This document shows positions 1 to 9,511 of a DNA stretch of 36,876 nucleotides, piece by piece. The notes under the pieces were generated by a model. It was not told where the DNA came from. It did not search any database and worked only from the letters and a program-made list of their open reading frames with translations. The translations under genes and the position numbers were made by a program. The stretch's first letter is position 1, and each line of letters starts with the position of its first letter. The stretch comes from an uncultured bacterium. GTDB taxonomy: Bacteria; Schekmanbacteria; GWA2-38-11; J061. Location of the stretch: contig CAZJVM010000024.1 of the NCBI GenBank assembly GCA_964549305.1, positions 1-36,876 on the forward strand, written 5' to 3'.

Positions 1-4
1 TAAA

Positions 5-2047
5 ATGAATCGTCTTTCAAAAGAACAAAGTCCCTATCTTCGACAACACGGCGAAAACCCCGTTGACTGGTATCCCTGGTGCGACGAAGCGATTGAAAGG
101 GCAAAAGAAGAGGACAAACCGATTCTTCTGAGCATTGGTTATTCCGCCTGCCATTGGTGTCATGTTATGGAGAGAGAGTCCTTTGAGAACGAAGAGATAG
201 CTAAACTGATGAACGATAAATTTATAAATATCAAAGTTGACCGCGAGGAAAGGCCGGACCTCGATGAGGTATATATGAATGCTGTGCAAATGATGACGGG
301 AAGCGGTGGCTGGCCGCTTACGGCATTTCTCACGCCTGAGCTTGTTCCTTTTTACGGAGGAACTTATTTTCCACCTGAAGACAGGCAGGGTATGCCGGGT
401 TTTAAAAAAGTGCTTCTCGCCGTTGCGGTGAATTATGTAAAAAACAGGGATGCGGTAAATGACATTTGTAAAAATGTTATGAGTGAGTTGGATAAAATCA
501 CAGCACCGTCTAAATCGGAAGATGTTATAAGTGAAAAAATTCTTAATGATTATTGTGAATATCTAAAATCATCTTTTGACGGATTTCAAGGCGGTTTTGG
601 TTCGGCGCCAAAATTTCCGAGATATCACGAACTGCTTTTTCTGCTTAAAATGTACGAGAAAACGAATGAGAACGGAGTTCTTCAAATGGTCTTGTTTACG
701 CTGAAAAAAATGGCTGAAGGGGGAATTCGAGACCACATAGGAGGGGGATTTCACCGTTATTCCGTTGATGCGCAGTGGTTTGCGCCCCATTTTGAAAAGA
801 TGCTTTATGATAATGCGTTGCTTGCGCCTCTTTATTTCCGGGCTTACCAGATTTCAGAAGACCCCTCGTTTCTCAAAACAGGTGAAGAAATCCTGAAATT
901 TGTAAAAAGTGAAATGATGTCCCGTGAAGGAATATTTTATTCGTCTCTCGATGCCGACAGCGAAGGAGAGGAAGGAAAATATTATACGTGGGAGAAAAAT
1001 GAGATAGAAAAACTTTTGGAAAAAGACGATTCCGACAACTTTTGTAAAATATTCGGTGTGGAAGATCACGGAAATTTTGAGACGGGCAGAAATATCATTT
1101 TTTTAAAAGACGATATTAAAAATTTGTCAAAAAAAACCGGAATGTCTGAAAAATCATTGGAAGAACAATTAGTCCGCTGGAAGGAAGTTCTTTACAGGGA
1201 ACGAACAAAAAGAATCAGGCCTTCTACGGATGATAAGTGTGTAACCGCCTGGAATGGCTTGATGATTAGTGCATTTGCCGAAGCTTTTTTAATTAGCGGC
1301 GAAGAGGAGTATGTTGAAATCGCACTGCGCGCAGGAGAGTTTTTTTGTTCACAATTCAGAGAAGAAGGGAAACTTTTCAGATTTTACCGTGAAGGCAAGG
1401 GGTTTCAGGATGCTTTTCTCGTTGATTATGGGGCAGTGACGGAAGCTTTCATTTATCTTTACAGAGCAACACTTGATTTAGAATGGATTAGAGCGGCACT
1501 GGAATTAAAGGAAAAAACGCTTTCCCTTTTCGGAGATTCTCGGAACGGAGGTTTTTTTAATTCCGTGGAAAATCCCGACCTCCTCGTTCGAAGCAAGTCT
1601 TCTTTTGATAATCCGATTCCGTCGGGTAATTCAATAATGTTTAAATGCCTTATTGAATTATGGCATATTACGGAAAATGAAGATGATATAAAAAAAGCTG
1701 AAATGCTTTTGAAATCCTTTTCAGGGTCACTTCAACAAATGTTCCACGGTTATCCTGCTTTTTTAAACGGCATTTTCGATTATTTTTGCAGGCAAGATGA
1801 AGTGGTTGTCGCAGTAAGGGAAAAAGAGAAATACAGGAAGATTGTAAAAAAAATATACTCCTTTACCGGTTTAACCCGTTTTCTTTGGGGAGTTATCGAT
1901 GACGGCAATAGCGCAAAGGAAGAAATGTATCCTTTGCTGAAAGGCAAGCGATGTCCCGATAAAAGGGATTTTGCCCTGTACTATTGTAAAAACCGTTCCT
2001 GTCTTGAACCGGTATATTCAGTCAGTGAACTTGAAGCGCAGAAATAG
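5..2047 (+). CDS. Thioredoxin-domain protein, YyaL/SSP411 (DUF255) family
   Basis: N-terminal [21 protein letters not shown], [33 protein letters not shown] and [11 protein letters not shown] motifs typical of YyaL. Confidence 0.93.
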   Translation: MNRLSKEQSPYLRQHGENPVDWYPWCDEAIERAKEEDKPILLSIGYSACHWCHVMERESFENEEIAKLMNDKFINIKVDREERPDLDEVYMNAVQMMTGSGGWPLTAFLTPELVPFYGGTYFPPEDRQGMPGFKKVLLAVAVNYVKNRDAVNDICKNVMSELDKITAPSKSEDVISEKILNDYCEYLKSSFDGFQGGFGSAPKFPRYHELLFLLKMYEKTNENGVLQMVLFTLKKMAEGGIRDHIGGGFHRYSVDAQWFAPHFEKMLYDNALLAPLYFRAYQISEDPSFLKTGEEILKFVKSEMMSREGIFYSSLDADSEGEEGKYYTWEKNEIEKLLEKDDSDNFCKIFGVEDHGNFETGRNIIFLKDDIKNLSKKTGMSEKSLEEQLVRWKEVLYRERTKRIRPSTDDKCVTAWNGLMISAFAEAFLISGEEEYVEIALRAGEFFCSQFREEGKLFRFYREGKGFQDAFLVDYGAVTEAFIYLYRATLDLEWIRAALELKEKTLSLFGDSRNGGFFNSVENPDLLVRSKSSFDNPIPSGNSIMFKCLIELWHITENEDDIKKAEMLLKSFSGSLQQMFHGYPAFLNGIFDYFCRQDEVVVAVREKEKYRKIVKKIYSFTGLTRFLWGVIDDGNSAKEEMYPLLKGKRCPDKRDFALYYCKNRSCLEPVYSVSELEAQK

Positions 2048-2053
2048 ATGCTT

Positions 2054-2530
2054 TTATTTCAAAGGCGTGATTTTGAAACAGCATTCGCTGTCGCCTGAAG
2101 GCACGTGTTTTATCCTGTTCCATTTTCCAAGTCCGTACTTTTCTCCGAACTTTGCATCAAAGTCGCAGAGTATGGGGCAGGGGTCGGGGAATTTGCGCTT
2201 TCTCGTTGCGGCCAGATAGGGGCAGTAGTCAAGGTGCTCATACCACACGTCCTGTCCGTTTTCTTCCTTTTTCTCCGCCCATAGTTTCCAGCCGAGTGCG
2301 GGAAATATGGAAAGTTCTTTCTTTATGATTTCTTCAAGAGGAGGTGTTTCGGCGGACTGTCCTTTTTTAAAACGGGCTTCATAAATCTCTTCATACATTT
2401 TTGCCCCTTCTTCTTTGCCGTATGCCTCCGTAAGCCCTAAAAATAATTCACTGAATTTAATTGCATTGGAATCAATTAACATTTCTTTTTGTGTTTCATC
2501 AGGTAATGTCTGACCTTCGAGTTTAGTCAT
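2054..2530 (-). CDS. Hypothetical protein, probably L-2-amino-thiazoline-4-carboxylate hydrolase-like (V4R-related) family
   Basis: Cys pattern CPY...CPILCDFD...GDSECCF; GGGG-type RBS upstream on the minus strand. Confidence 0.6.
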   Translation of the reverse strand: MTKLEGQTLPDETQKEMLIDSNAIKFSELFLGLTEAYGKEEGAKMYEEIYEARFKKGQSAETPPLEEIIKKELSIFPALGWKLWAEKKEENGQDVWYEHLDYCPYLAATRKRKFPDPCPILCDFDAKFGEKYGLGKWNRIKHVPSGDSECCFKITPLK

Positions 2531-2646
2531 TTAATGCCCCCCTCTGGTTATTTAGTCGATGTTAAAATATCATCACATCATTAATAAATTAAAAATAAAT
2601 ATGCAACAGAAATCGCTTTTCGGAGAATAGACGACTTAAGCGTTTT

Positions 2647-2886
2647 TTATTCTGGAAAACTTTTATTTAGAAACGTGATTATGTCATCGGATTCAAGCAT
2701 TGGTTTCTCATCGATAACGAGACAGGGTACCTGATAATCGCCCGTAAGAGAAATAAGGTCGTTTCTGTTTTTGTCATCGGATATGTCAAGAAATTCGATT
2801 TTATCCTTAATATCAAGGGCGTCTATCGCATCGAAGACTTTGATGCAGTAGGGACAAGAGGACATTTGATAAAGTTTGAGATTCAT
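2647..2886 (-). CDS. Glutaredoxin-like protein
   Basis: CPYC active site, QVPCL cis-Pro motif, ESDDI; start overlaps the queF stop (ATGA). Confidence 0.88.
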   Translation of the reverse strand: MNLKLYQMSSCPYCIKVFDAIDALDIKDKIEFLDISDDKNRNDLISLTGDYQVPCLVIDEKPMLESDDIITFLNKSFPE

Positions 2887-3272
2887 CTTTTTTTTCTGCC
2901 TTTCTTTCTGTCGTCGGTTGTTATTCTTATTGTCGTTTTTACATTCCCGCGGGGATTGAATTCGGCAACAACTTCGAGATAATTCGGTTTTAGAAGTTTA
3001 TTGATGTCGTCATATATGAGGTTTGCCGCTTTTTCGTGCGATATATATTCATTGCGGTATTTGTTGAGATAAAGCTTGAAGGATTTCAACTCTACAATGT
3101 ATTTGAGCGGAATATAATTTACTTTGATTGCGGCAAAATCAGGATAACCGGAACGGGGGCACAGGCATGTGAATTCGTCGGATTGTATGGAAATGTTATA
3201 CGCTTTTTCAGGATTCGGATTATCCCATCTTTCAAGTTTTGATTCGCTTATTTTTTTCTCTCCATATTTCAT
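2883..3272 (-). CDS. queF: NADPH-dependent 7-cyano-7-deazaguanine (preQ0) reductase, unimodular type
   Basis: [15 protein letters not shown], QueF motif [13 protein letters not shown] and FNPRG. Confidence 0.95.
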   Translation of the reverse strand: MKYGEKKISESKLERWDNPNPEKAYNISIQSDEFTCLCPRSGYPDFAAIKVNYIPLKYIVELKSFKLYLNKYRNEYISHEKAANLIYDDINKLLKPNYLEVVAEFNPRGNVKTTIRITTDDRKKGRKKR

Positions 3273-3367
3273 AAAAACTCCAATAAAAAAAATTTTTGAA
3301 TTTGAAAGGGCTAATAAATTAAATAATTAACTTTTGAAAGGATTTTATTGATACATTTTTCTTCTTT

Positions 3368-3733
3368 TTACGTGATATCTTCCCTTGTAAGGACGGCAAA
3401 AAGACCTCCGATTATTGCCGAATTTTTCAAAAACTGAATAACCTGCATCCTCTGGGCAAAATCGGTATGGAATATAAAAGTTGTAGGAATTAAGAAAAGT
3501 ATTAAAATCCTTGCCCCTGATTTTGCGAACTTACCGGAGAGCAACAGAATCCCTCCCGAAAGCTCAAGAATAATTGCGCAGAGTAGAAAAAACATTGCAA
3601 ATGGCATTCCCTTTGACTCCATATATTTTAATGTGCCTTCCATATCGAAGATTTTCATAATGCCCGATATTAGAAAAATGGCCGAGAGAAGGAATCTTGA
3701 AAGGTAAAGCGGAAGTATTTTTAGGATGTCCAT
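3368..3733 (-). CDS. DoxX family membrane protein
   Basis: RFLLSAIFLISGIMK, ELSGG, FH, QFLKNSAIIGG; about four hydrophobic helices. Confidence 0.9.
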   Translation of the reverse strand: MDILKILPLYLSRFLLSAIFLISGIMKIFDMEGTLKYMESKGMPFAMFFLLCAIILELSGGILLLSGKFAKSGARILILFLIPTTFIFHTDFAQRMQVIQFLKNSAIIGGLFAVLTREDIT

Positions 3734-3916
3734 GTTTTATCTCCTTATAAAAGATACTTAAAAAACGGAGTTTTTTTATATTAAGTAATAAAAAAGAACA
3801 ATTGCAAATATATTACAAAAAAATTTTAAGTTTTTCGGTTTAATAAGTCGAAAAAAATATCTCCGGAAAACGCAAAAAGTTTTGTTTGCAGGATTTTTTA
3901 TTTAAAGAATAATTAA

Positions 3917-5533
3917 ATGCCAAAAAGCAATTCGGAAAAAAAGAAAAAAGAGCGATTTGCCAGTTCACTATATGCTGACAACGATATGTTGCGAATGCGC
4001 TTTATAAGAAATAAATTCAAAGACGCTTCAAAGGATATTTTTTCCACGCTAAAGGAAAATTCAAAATTTCCCCTTTTAATTTTTCAGGAAGTCAATGAAG
4101 GTTTTAAAATGGTGGATTTAAGCGATCAGATTACGGAAATTCTGGGATATACGCGAAGCGATATTGTCTCCGGTGTCTGTAACCCCATCATAGAGAATAT
4201 CAGTGATTATGACGATGACGATGATTTCATAGATAAAAAATTTAAAAACGAAAAGGAAAGAAAGAGATTAAAAAAACTCATACTGAAGAAATCGGACGGT
4301 ACCAAATTGTCCTTCATTGTCACCGTATCAATCATAACAGCCAACAACTCCAAGTTTTATGTCTGCTATTTAAATTATGACAATACCGTTGGTGATATAC
4401 AGGATATTTCTTCCGAAGCGAATTCCTATGCTCCTTATATCGACAAGATTATAGAAGCTTGTGTTGATGGCATAGTCATAACAGACGCAAGAGGGTATAT
4501 TTCCGTAATAAACTCCGCCACAGAAAAAATATTCGGATATACCCGGGAGGAAATGTCAGAAAAAAAACCGATGGATTTTATTCCCGGTGAAGAAAAATAT
4601 TTTGTGGAAGGCGCAAAAATGGTTGAGCAGTTGATGACAAACGGTGTTGTTTCTCCGTGGGAATCAGCAATCATAAATAAGAGTACGGAGATTGTTCCAG
4701 TTGAGTGGACGATGAGCTATTTTTATGATGATGCGGGAAATATTGCGGGAAGCATAGGTGTGTGCAGGGATTTGAGAGAAAGAAAAATGCTCGAATATCA
4801 GGTTTTACAGTCAAACAAGCTTGCGGCACTTGGACAACTTGCGGCAGGAATAGCGCACGAAATAAACAATCCACTTGCGGGCATCGTAGGTTACAGCCAG
4901 TATCTAATTAAAAAAATGAATGAAAAAAATGAAGAAGGTTTAAGTCCGGAAGAGATGCCTCTTTTTATTGAAAGACTGGGGAAAATAGAACACGAAGCAC
5001 AGAAGAGCAAGCACATCATTCAGAATCTCCTTAAATTTTCCAGAGGAAACGATGTCTTTAAAATGGACACAGTCGACCTTAATCAGATACTTAACGATAC
5101 AATTGATGTAATCGGAAGCAACGTGCTTCTCAATAATATTCAGGTAGAAAAAAGTATGAAGGAAGAAATATGTAAAATCCGCGGTAATTCCTTTCAGCTC
5201 GAGCAGGTTTTTACGAATTTTATAATCAATGCGTGCCAGGCAATGCCCGAGGGAGGAGTTCTTACCTTAATGACAGGCAATGTGACTTCCAAGAATGATA
5301 AGACCGAATATGTTTATGTTGTCATAGCGGATACGGGAGAGGGCATTGAAAAAGGGTATCTCACGAAAATATTTGATCCTTTTTTTACTACCAAACGCCC
5401 CGGCGCAGGGACGGGTTTGGGGTTGTCGGTGAGTTACGGAATAATAAGGCAGCACGAAGGCGAAATTGAAGTTTCCAGTGAAACCGACTGCGGTACCTGC
5501 TTTTTTATTTATTTCCCAACAATTCAAGAATAG
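3917..5533 (+). CDS. Cytoplasmic PAS-domain sensor histidine kinase (NtrB-like)
   Basis: PAS/PAC repeats, H-box AGIAHEINNPL, N-box QVFTNFIINA, DTGEGI, FDPFFTTK, GTGLGL; no transmembrane segment seen. Confidence 0.93.
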   Translation: MPKSNSEKKKKERFASSLYADNDMLRMRFIRNKFKDASKDIFSTLKENSKFPLLIFQEVNEGFKMVDLSDQITEILGYTRSDIVSGVCNPIIENISDYDDDDDFIDKKFKNEKERKRLKKLILKKSDGTKLSFIVTVSIITANNSKFYVCYLNYDNTVGDIQDISSEANSYAPYIDKIIEACVDGIVITDARGYISVINSATEKIFGYTREEMSEKKPMDFIPGEEKYFVEGAKMVEQLMTNGVVSPWESAIINKSTEIVPVEWTMSYFYDDAGNIAGSIGVCRDLRERKMLEYQVLQSNKLAALGQLAAGIAHEINNPLAGIVGYSQYLIKKMNEKNEEGLSPEEMPLFIERLGKIEHEAQKSKHIIQNLLKFSRGNDVFKMDTVDLNQILNDTIDVIGSNVLLNNIQVEKSMKEEICKIRGNSFQLEQVFTNFIINACQAMPEGGVLTLMTGNVTSKNDKTEYVYVVIADTGEGIEKGYLTKIFDPFFTTKRPGAGTGLGLSVSYGIIRQHEGEIEVSSETDCGTCFFIYFPTIQE

Positions 5534-5644
5534 CATTTTCCTGAAAAAATCGGATAACTAACTATTTTTTTTGAATAAAATCCTTCCACATTTTCAAGAC
5601 TAATTTTTTCCATATATTTTTTACAATTTTTTTAAAAAAAACAT

Positions 5645-5672
5645 TTGACAATTTACGTTAACGTTATATTTT
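5645..5672 (+). promoter_or_regulatory. Sigma70-type promoter of the MerR gene with a palindromic operator in the spacer
   Basis: TTGACA 5645-5650, 16-nt spacer, TATTTT 5667-5672; perfect palindrome ACGTTAACGT at 5655-5664; AGGAG RBS just before the start. Confidence 0.7.
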
Positions 5673-5688
5673 GGTTTAAAAGGAGAAG

Positions 5689-6147
5689 ATGATGAAAATA
5701 GGTGAAATTGCGAGAAAAGCTAATACGACCATAAGGACGCTCAGATACTATGAAGAAGAGGGAATTCTTATGCCTTCGGGAAGGACGGGGGGTGGTGTCA
5801 GATGCTATAATGACGAAGACCATAAAAAGCTGATCACTATTCAGATGCTGAAAGATCTCAATATGAATCTCACTGATATAAAAGAGTTACTTAACATACG
5901 GAAAAACAACAGAATAGGTGGTGTAGCGGCAGAGAAAATACAAGGACAGCTTTTAATTAAAATAGCGGAAGTTGAGAATAATATCAGAAAATTCAAGAAT
6001 ATAAAACGCAACCTTGAAACAGCGACTAAATTGGTGGAAGAATGTATTGAATGTGAAAATGAAATTAATCCGGAACAATGCAGTGATTGTAATTATACGG
6101 AAAAAAGGAGAAGTTCATCTGATCTGTATTCATCCTTTTTTAGTTAA
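5689..6147 (+). CDS. MerR family transcriptional regulator with C-terminal CxxC-x8-CxxC
   Basis: MKIGEIA...TIRTLRYYEEEGIL...RTGGGVRCY helix-turn-helix, coiled coil, CIECENEINPEQCSDC tail. Confidence 0.93.
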   Translation: MMKIGEIARKANTTIRTLRYYEEEGILMPSGRTGGGVRCYNDEDHKKLITIQMLKDLNMNLTDIKELLNIRKNNRIGGVAAEKIQGQLLIKIAEVENNIRKFKNIKRNLETATKLVEECIECENEINPEQCSDCNYTEKRRSSSDLYSSFFS

Positions 6148-6168
6148 AGGATTTTTTTTCAATAAAAA

Positions 6169-6186
6169 TATTACGTTTACGTAATA
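6169..6186. promoter_or_regulatory. Perfect 8-2-8 inverted repeat TATTACGT-TT-ACGTAATA, probable MerR operator
   Basis: Read directly; same ACGT-N2-ACGT core as 5655-5664; lies between the MerR gene and the sigma factor gene. Confidence 0.7.
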
Positions 6187-6237
6187 GGTTATATTGAAAT
6201 TATGATTATTAATTTTAAATTATGGAATGGGTGAAAA

Positions 6238-7752
6238 ATGAAAAATCAAAAATTATTGGAAATAAATGAAAAAGAATCATTACTGAGTAATTTAGAAGTT
6301 TCTGAAAAAGATGTTACCAGGAAAGAGCTTTCTCATGTTTTTTTGTCTGAAAGTACAAAAAAGAAAAATGAAAAGTATTCTTACGATGTTAATATTCTCG
6401 ACTCCTACTACGGTGATATAAAGCACCATTCTTACCTTTCAAGAGAAGAGGAAGTTGAAAGTTTCAAGGAGCTTGAAAAGCTGAAATCGCAAATCGGTTC
6501 GATAGTTATAAATTCAGAATTTTCTTTTCCTGAAATAGTGGATTTGTCTGAGCAGATTAATGAAGGAAGCCTTAAAATAAAGGAAGTACTCGAAGTAAGC
6601 CCCTTTGACGATATTTATCTTGCAGATGTAACTGCAAAAACTGAAATGTTTCTCGGCGTTGTTTCTATGGTTGCGAAGTTTGAAGATAAGCTTCTCTCAT
6701 CTACGGAAAAATTTGCCGGTGCGAAAAATGGTTCAAGAAGCAGCAAATTACTTGCTGCCAACAGAAAAAAATATCACGGTGAAATCGTGAAACTGCTTTC
6801 CAAAGTTCCTTTCAGTTTTTCACAGATTGAAAAAATGGCGCAGGACATCATTGATATGTTTTCTATAATTTTAAAATCTAAAAAAGGATTAAAGCAAAAG
6901 CTCAGTGTAAAGCTGGGAATAAATTCTAAAATATCTCATAAGATTGAGTTGTATGCATCTGTTATTGATAAAGAAGAAATGCGCAATACGGTGCAAAAAT
7001 TGAGACACTCTTTGAACTCTTACAGAAGTTTAAAAAAGAATATCGTAAAAGCTAACCTGAGGTTTGTTGTAAGTATTTCAAAGAAATTTCAAAACCGCGG
7101 ATTACAGCTTCTTGACCTGGTACAGGAAGGCAATATAGGACTTATTACGGCAATAGACAAATACGATTACAGAAGAGGCATAAAATTCTGCAGTTATGCG
7201 CATTGGTGGATTCAGCAGACAATTATGAAAGCAATAATGGCGCAGGGCAAAACTATAAGAATACCGGTGCACATTGTTGACAAAATCAGGAAGCTGAAAT
7301 GGGCATTCAGGACAATGTCGCAAAATCTCGAAAGACAGCCTTCAATTAATGAAATGGCGCAAAAGGTGGGAATGGAATCTGATTTTGTAAGAAGTGTTCT
7401 TAAAATTCAAAAAGAGCCGGTTTCCCTTGATGAAACAATCGAAGATGATGACAATGAAACATCACTTGTCAACCTTGTGGAAAATCCAAATGCTGAAATG
7501 CCTGAAGTGGAAACGTCGAAAAGCGTGCTTAAGGAAAGACTTAGAAACGTACTTAAAAGTCTTTCTCCGAGAGAGGAAAGGATTCTAAGAATGCGCTACG
7601 GAATTGATTTCGGCGTAAACCATACTCTTGAAGAGATTGGCGATGATTTCAACCTTTCGAGAGAAAGAATAAGACAGATTGAAGAGGAAGCAATAAGAAA
7701 ACTCAGGAAAAACGGCCAGATAAAAGAACTCAAACTCTTCTTTAACGACTGA
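6238..7752 (+). CDS. RpoD/SigA-like sigma-70 factor, probably a non-primary paralogue
   Basis: Region 1.2 (LSREEE), long non-conserved insert, region 2 (ANLRFVVSISKK, DLVQEGNIGL, YAHWWIQQ, TIRIPVH), region 3 (EPVSLD), region 4 (TLEEIG...SRERIRQIE). No recognisable region 1.1 and no dnaG upstream. Confidence 0.9.
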   Translation: MKNQKLLEINEKESLLSNLEVSEKDVTRKELSHVFLSESTKKKNEKYSYDVNILDSYYGDIKHHSYLSREEEVESFKELEKLKSQIGSIVINSEFSFPEIVDLSEQINEGSLKIKEVLEVSPFDDIYLADVTAKTEMFLGVVSMVAKFEDKLLSSTEKFAGAKNGSRSSKLLAANRKKYHGEIVKLLSKVPFSFSQIEKMAQDIIDMFSIILKSKKGLKQKLSVKLGINSKISHKIELYASVIDKEEMRNTVQKLRHSLNSYRSLKKNIVKANLRFVVSISKKFQNRGLQLLDLVQEGNIGLITAIDKYDYRRGIKFCSYAHWWIQQTIMKAIMAQGKTIRIPVHIVDKIRKLKWAFRTMSQNLERQPSINEMAQKVGMESDFVRSVLKIQKEPVSLDETIEDDDNETSLVNLVENPNAEMPEVETSKSVLKERLRNVLKSLSPREERILRMRYGIDFGVNHTLEEIGDDFNLSRERIRQIEEEAIRKLRKNGQIKELKLFFND

Positions 7753-7818
7753 TATTCATTCTCTTTATCGCAGCAAACCTGTCATTTTCTGCCAGAATGA
7801 TAACCTTGAAGGGTTTCT

Positions 7819-7847
7819 TTGTCTTTAAAAACAAATTATGATAGGAT
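7819..7847 (+). promoter_or_regulatory. Candidate sigma70 promoter for pepA
   Basis: TTGTCT 7819-7824, 17-nt spacer, TAGGAT 7842-7847 preceded by an extended -10 TG. Confidence 0.45.
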
Positions 7848-7895
7848 TCCGTAAATTATTTTCATCTTATAAACCGAAGCGGAGAATAAATTGTA

Positions 7896-9416
7896 ATGAA
7901 ATTTAAGACGGGTGTTAAAAGAAAAGACGGAGAGACATCGGAATGCGCAGTGATATTCGTTCCCGAAAGAAAAAAGATAATAAGCGGATATCTGTCGGAA
8001 ATTGACAAAATTTCAGGAGGTGGTATTTCAAAAAGCGTTTCTGCCGAAGATTTTCAGGGAAAACAGGGAGAGACTCTTTTTTTCAACCTGCCGGGCAAAA
8101 AATCTCTAATAAAAATTCTTCTTGTGGGAGTAGGACCTGAAAAGGAAGTTGAAACAGATACGTTTCGCAAAGCTTCAGGAGTCACTTTTTTAAAGGTGTC
8201 CCAAAGGAAGATAAAAAAAGTTTCTCTTTTAATATTGCCGGAAGTTGAAAAAATACTGGCGCCATATCTTTTGGGCAGGGGAATTACCGAAGGATTTATG
8301 CTTTCGTCCTTTGAATATTTACTTCAAACTTCGAAAAAACCGCATAATGAAATAGATGAAGTCGGAATAGTTTTGGAATCAAAGGAGGTTGAAAAAGAAG
8401 TAAAGAAGGGTGTTTCCGACGCGCTGAAGATTTGCGAAGAAGTTAATTATACAAGAGAAATGGTTGCATCTCCCGCAAACCTGATGACACCTTCAATTAT
8501 CGCTCAGAGAGCAAAAAAAACCTCATCGCGCGCAGGAATAAAATGCAGAATCATATCAGAAAAAGAAGCTGTGAAAATGGGAATGGATTCCTTTATTTCT
8601 GTTACGAAGGGAAGCAAAGAGCCCGCAAAGATCATAGTACTTGAATATACGCCTGCGAAAAAAGGGAAAGTGCCTTGCGTGGCGCTCGTGGGAAAAGGGA
8701 TTACCTTTGACAGCGGCGGCATATCAATCAAACCGTCAAAGGGAATGCATCAAATGAAATATGATATGGGCGGAGGCGCAGCGGTAATAGGCGCTATTGC
8801 CGGATGCGCAAGACTGAAACTTCCCGTGAAGGTTGTGTCAATTATACCTGCTACGGAGAATATGCCCGGGGGGAACGCGACTAAACCGGGCGATGTGGTC
8901 AAATCCCTGTCAGGCAAGACCATAGAAATACAAAATACCGATGCCGAAGGTCGCCTTGTGCTTGCAGACGCTATAAGTTATGCCCATCGCTTCAAACCCG
9001 ATGCCATTATCGACATCGCCACATTGACGGGGGCATGTATAGTAGCTCTGGGAAACTGCGCAATCGGAATGATGGGAAATAACAGGAAGTTTATCGAAAT
9101 ATTAAAAACATCATCTGAAATGTCCGGTGAAAGGGTATGGGAGTTCCCATTGTGGGATGATTATAAGGAAGACATCAAAAGCGAAATTGCTGACATAAAA
9201 AATATAGGCAAAGGTTCGGCAGGAACCATAATAGGGGGAATATTTCTGAAAGAGTTCGTAGAGGAAAAAATGCCCTGGATACACCTTGATATCGCAGGCA
9301 CCTGCTGGAATGAAGGGAAACACGATTATCTGCAAAGGGGCGCCACCGGCAGCGGTGTCCGTCTAATGATAGAGATGCTGAAAATTATTGCCGAGGAGAA
9401 AAGTTTCAGAAATTAA
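7896..9416 (+). CDS. pepA: Leucyl aminopeptidase (M17)
   Basis: VGKGITFDSGG, MKYDMGG, NTDAEGRLVLAD, ATLTGAC, WIHLDIAG. Confidence 0.96.
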   Translation: MKFKTGVKRKDGETSECAVIFVPERKKIISGYLSEIDKISGGGISKSVSAEDFQGKQGETLFFNLPGKKSLIKILLVGVGPEKEVETDTFRKASGVTFLKVSQRKIKKVSLLILPEVEKILAPYLLGRGITEGFMLSSFEYLLQTSKKPHNEIDEVGIVLESKEVEKEVKKGVSDALKICEEVNYTREMVASPANLMTPSIIAQRAKKTSSRAGIKCRIISEKEAVKMGMDSFISVTKGSKEPAKIIVLEYTPAKKGKVPCVALVGKGITFDSGGISIKPSKGMHQMKYDMGGGAAVIGAIAGCARLKLPVKVVSIIPATENMPGGNATKPGDVVKSLSGKTIEIQNTDAEGRLVLADAISYAHRFKPDAIIDIATLTGACIVALGNCAIGMMGNNRKFIEILKTSSEMSGERVWEFPLWDDYKEDIKSEIADIKNIGKGSAGTIIGGIFLKEFVEEKMPWIHLDIAGTCWNEGKHDYLQRGATGSGVRLMIEMLKIIAEEKSFRN

Positions 9417-9511
9417 GATAAATATCTTTGAAATATCTTTTTACAACAGTTAGTTTTTTATTGTATATGGATAACTTGAAACAGGAATTTTTAGATGAGG
9501 TGAGTTAGAAA

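Noticed and set aside
3273-3367. preQ1 riboswitch upstream of queF; TTTGAAAGG direct repeat at 3301 and 3333
   Set aside because: No preQ1-I stem-loop plus A-rich tail is recognisable on the minus strand; the 9-bp repeat lies in very AT-rich DNA.
7780-7820. Intrinsic terminator after the sigma factor gene
   Set aside because: The candidate hairpins (GTCATTTTCT...AGAATGATA and AACCTT-GAA-GGGTT) are short or bulged and lack a clean U-tract.
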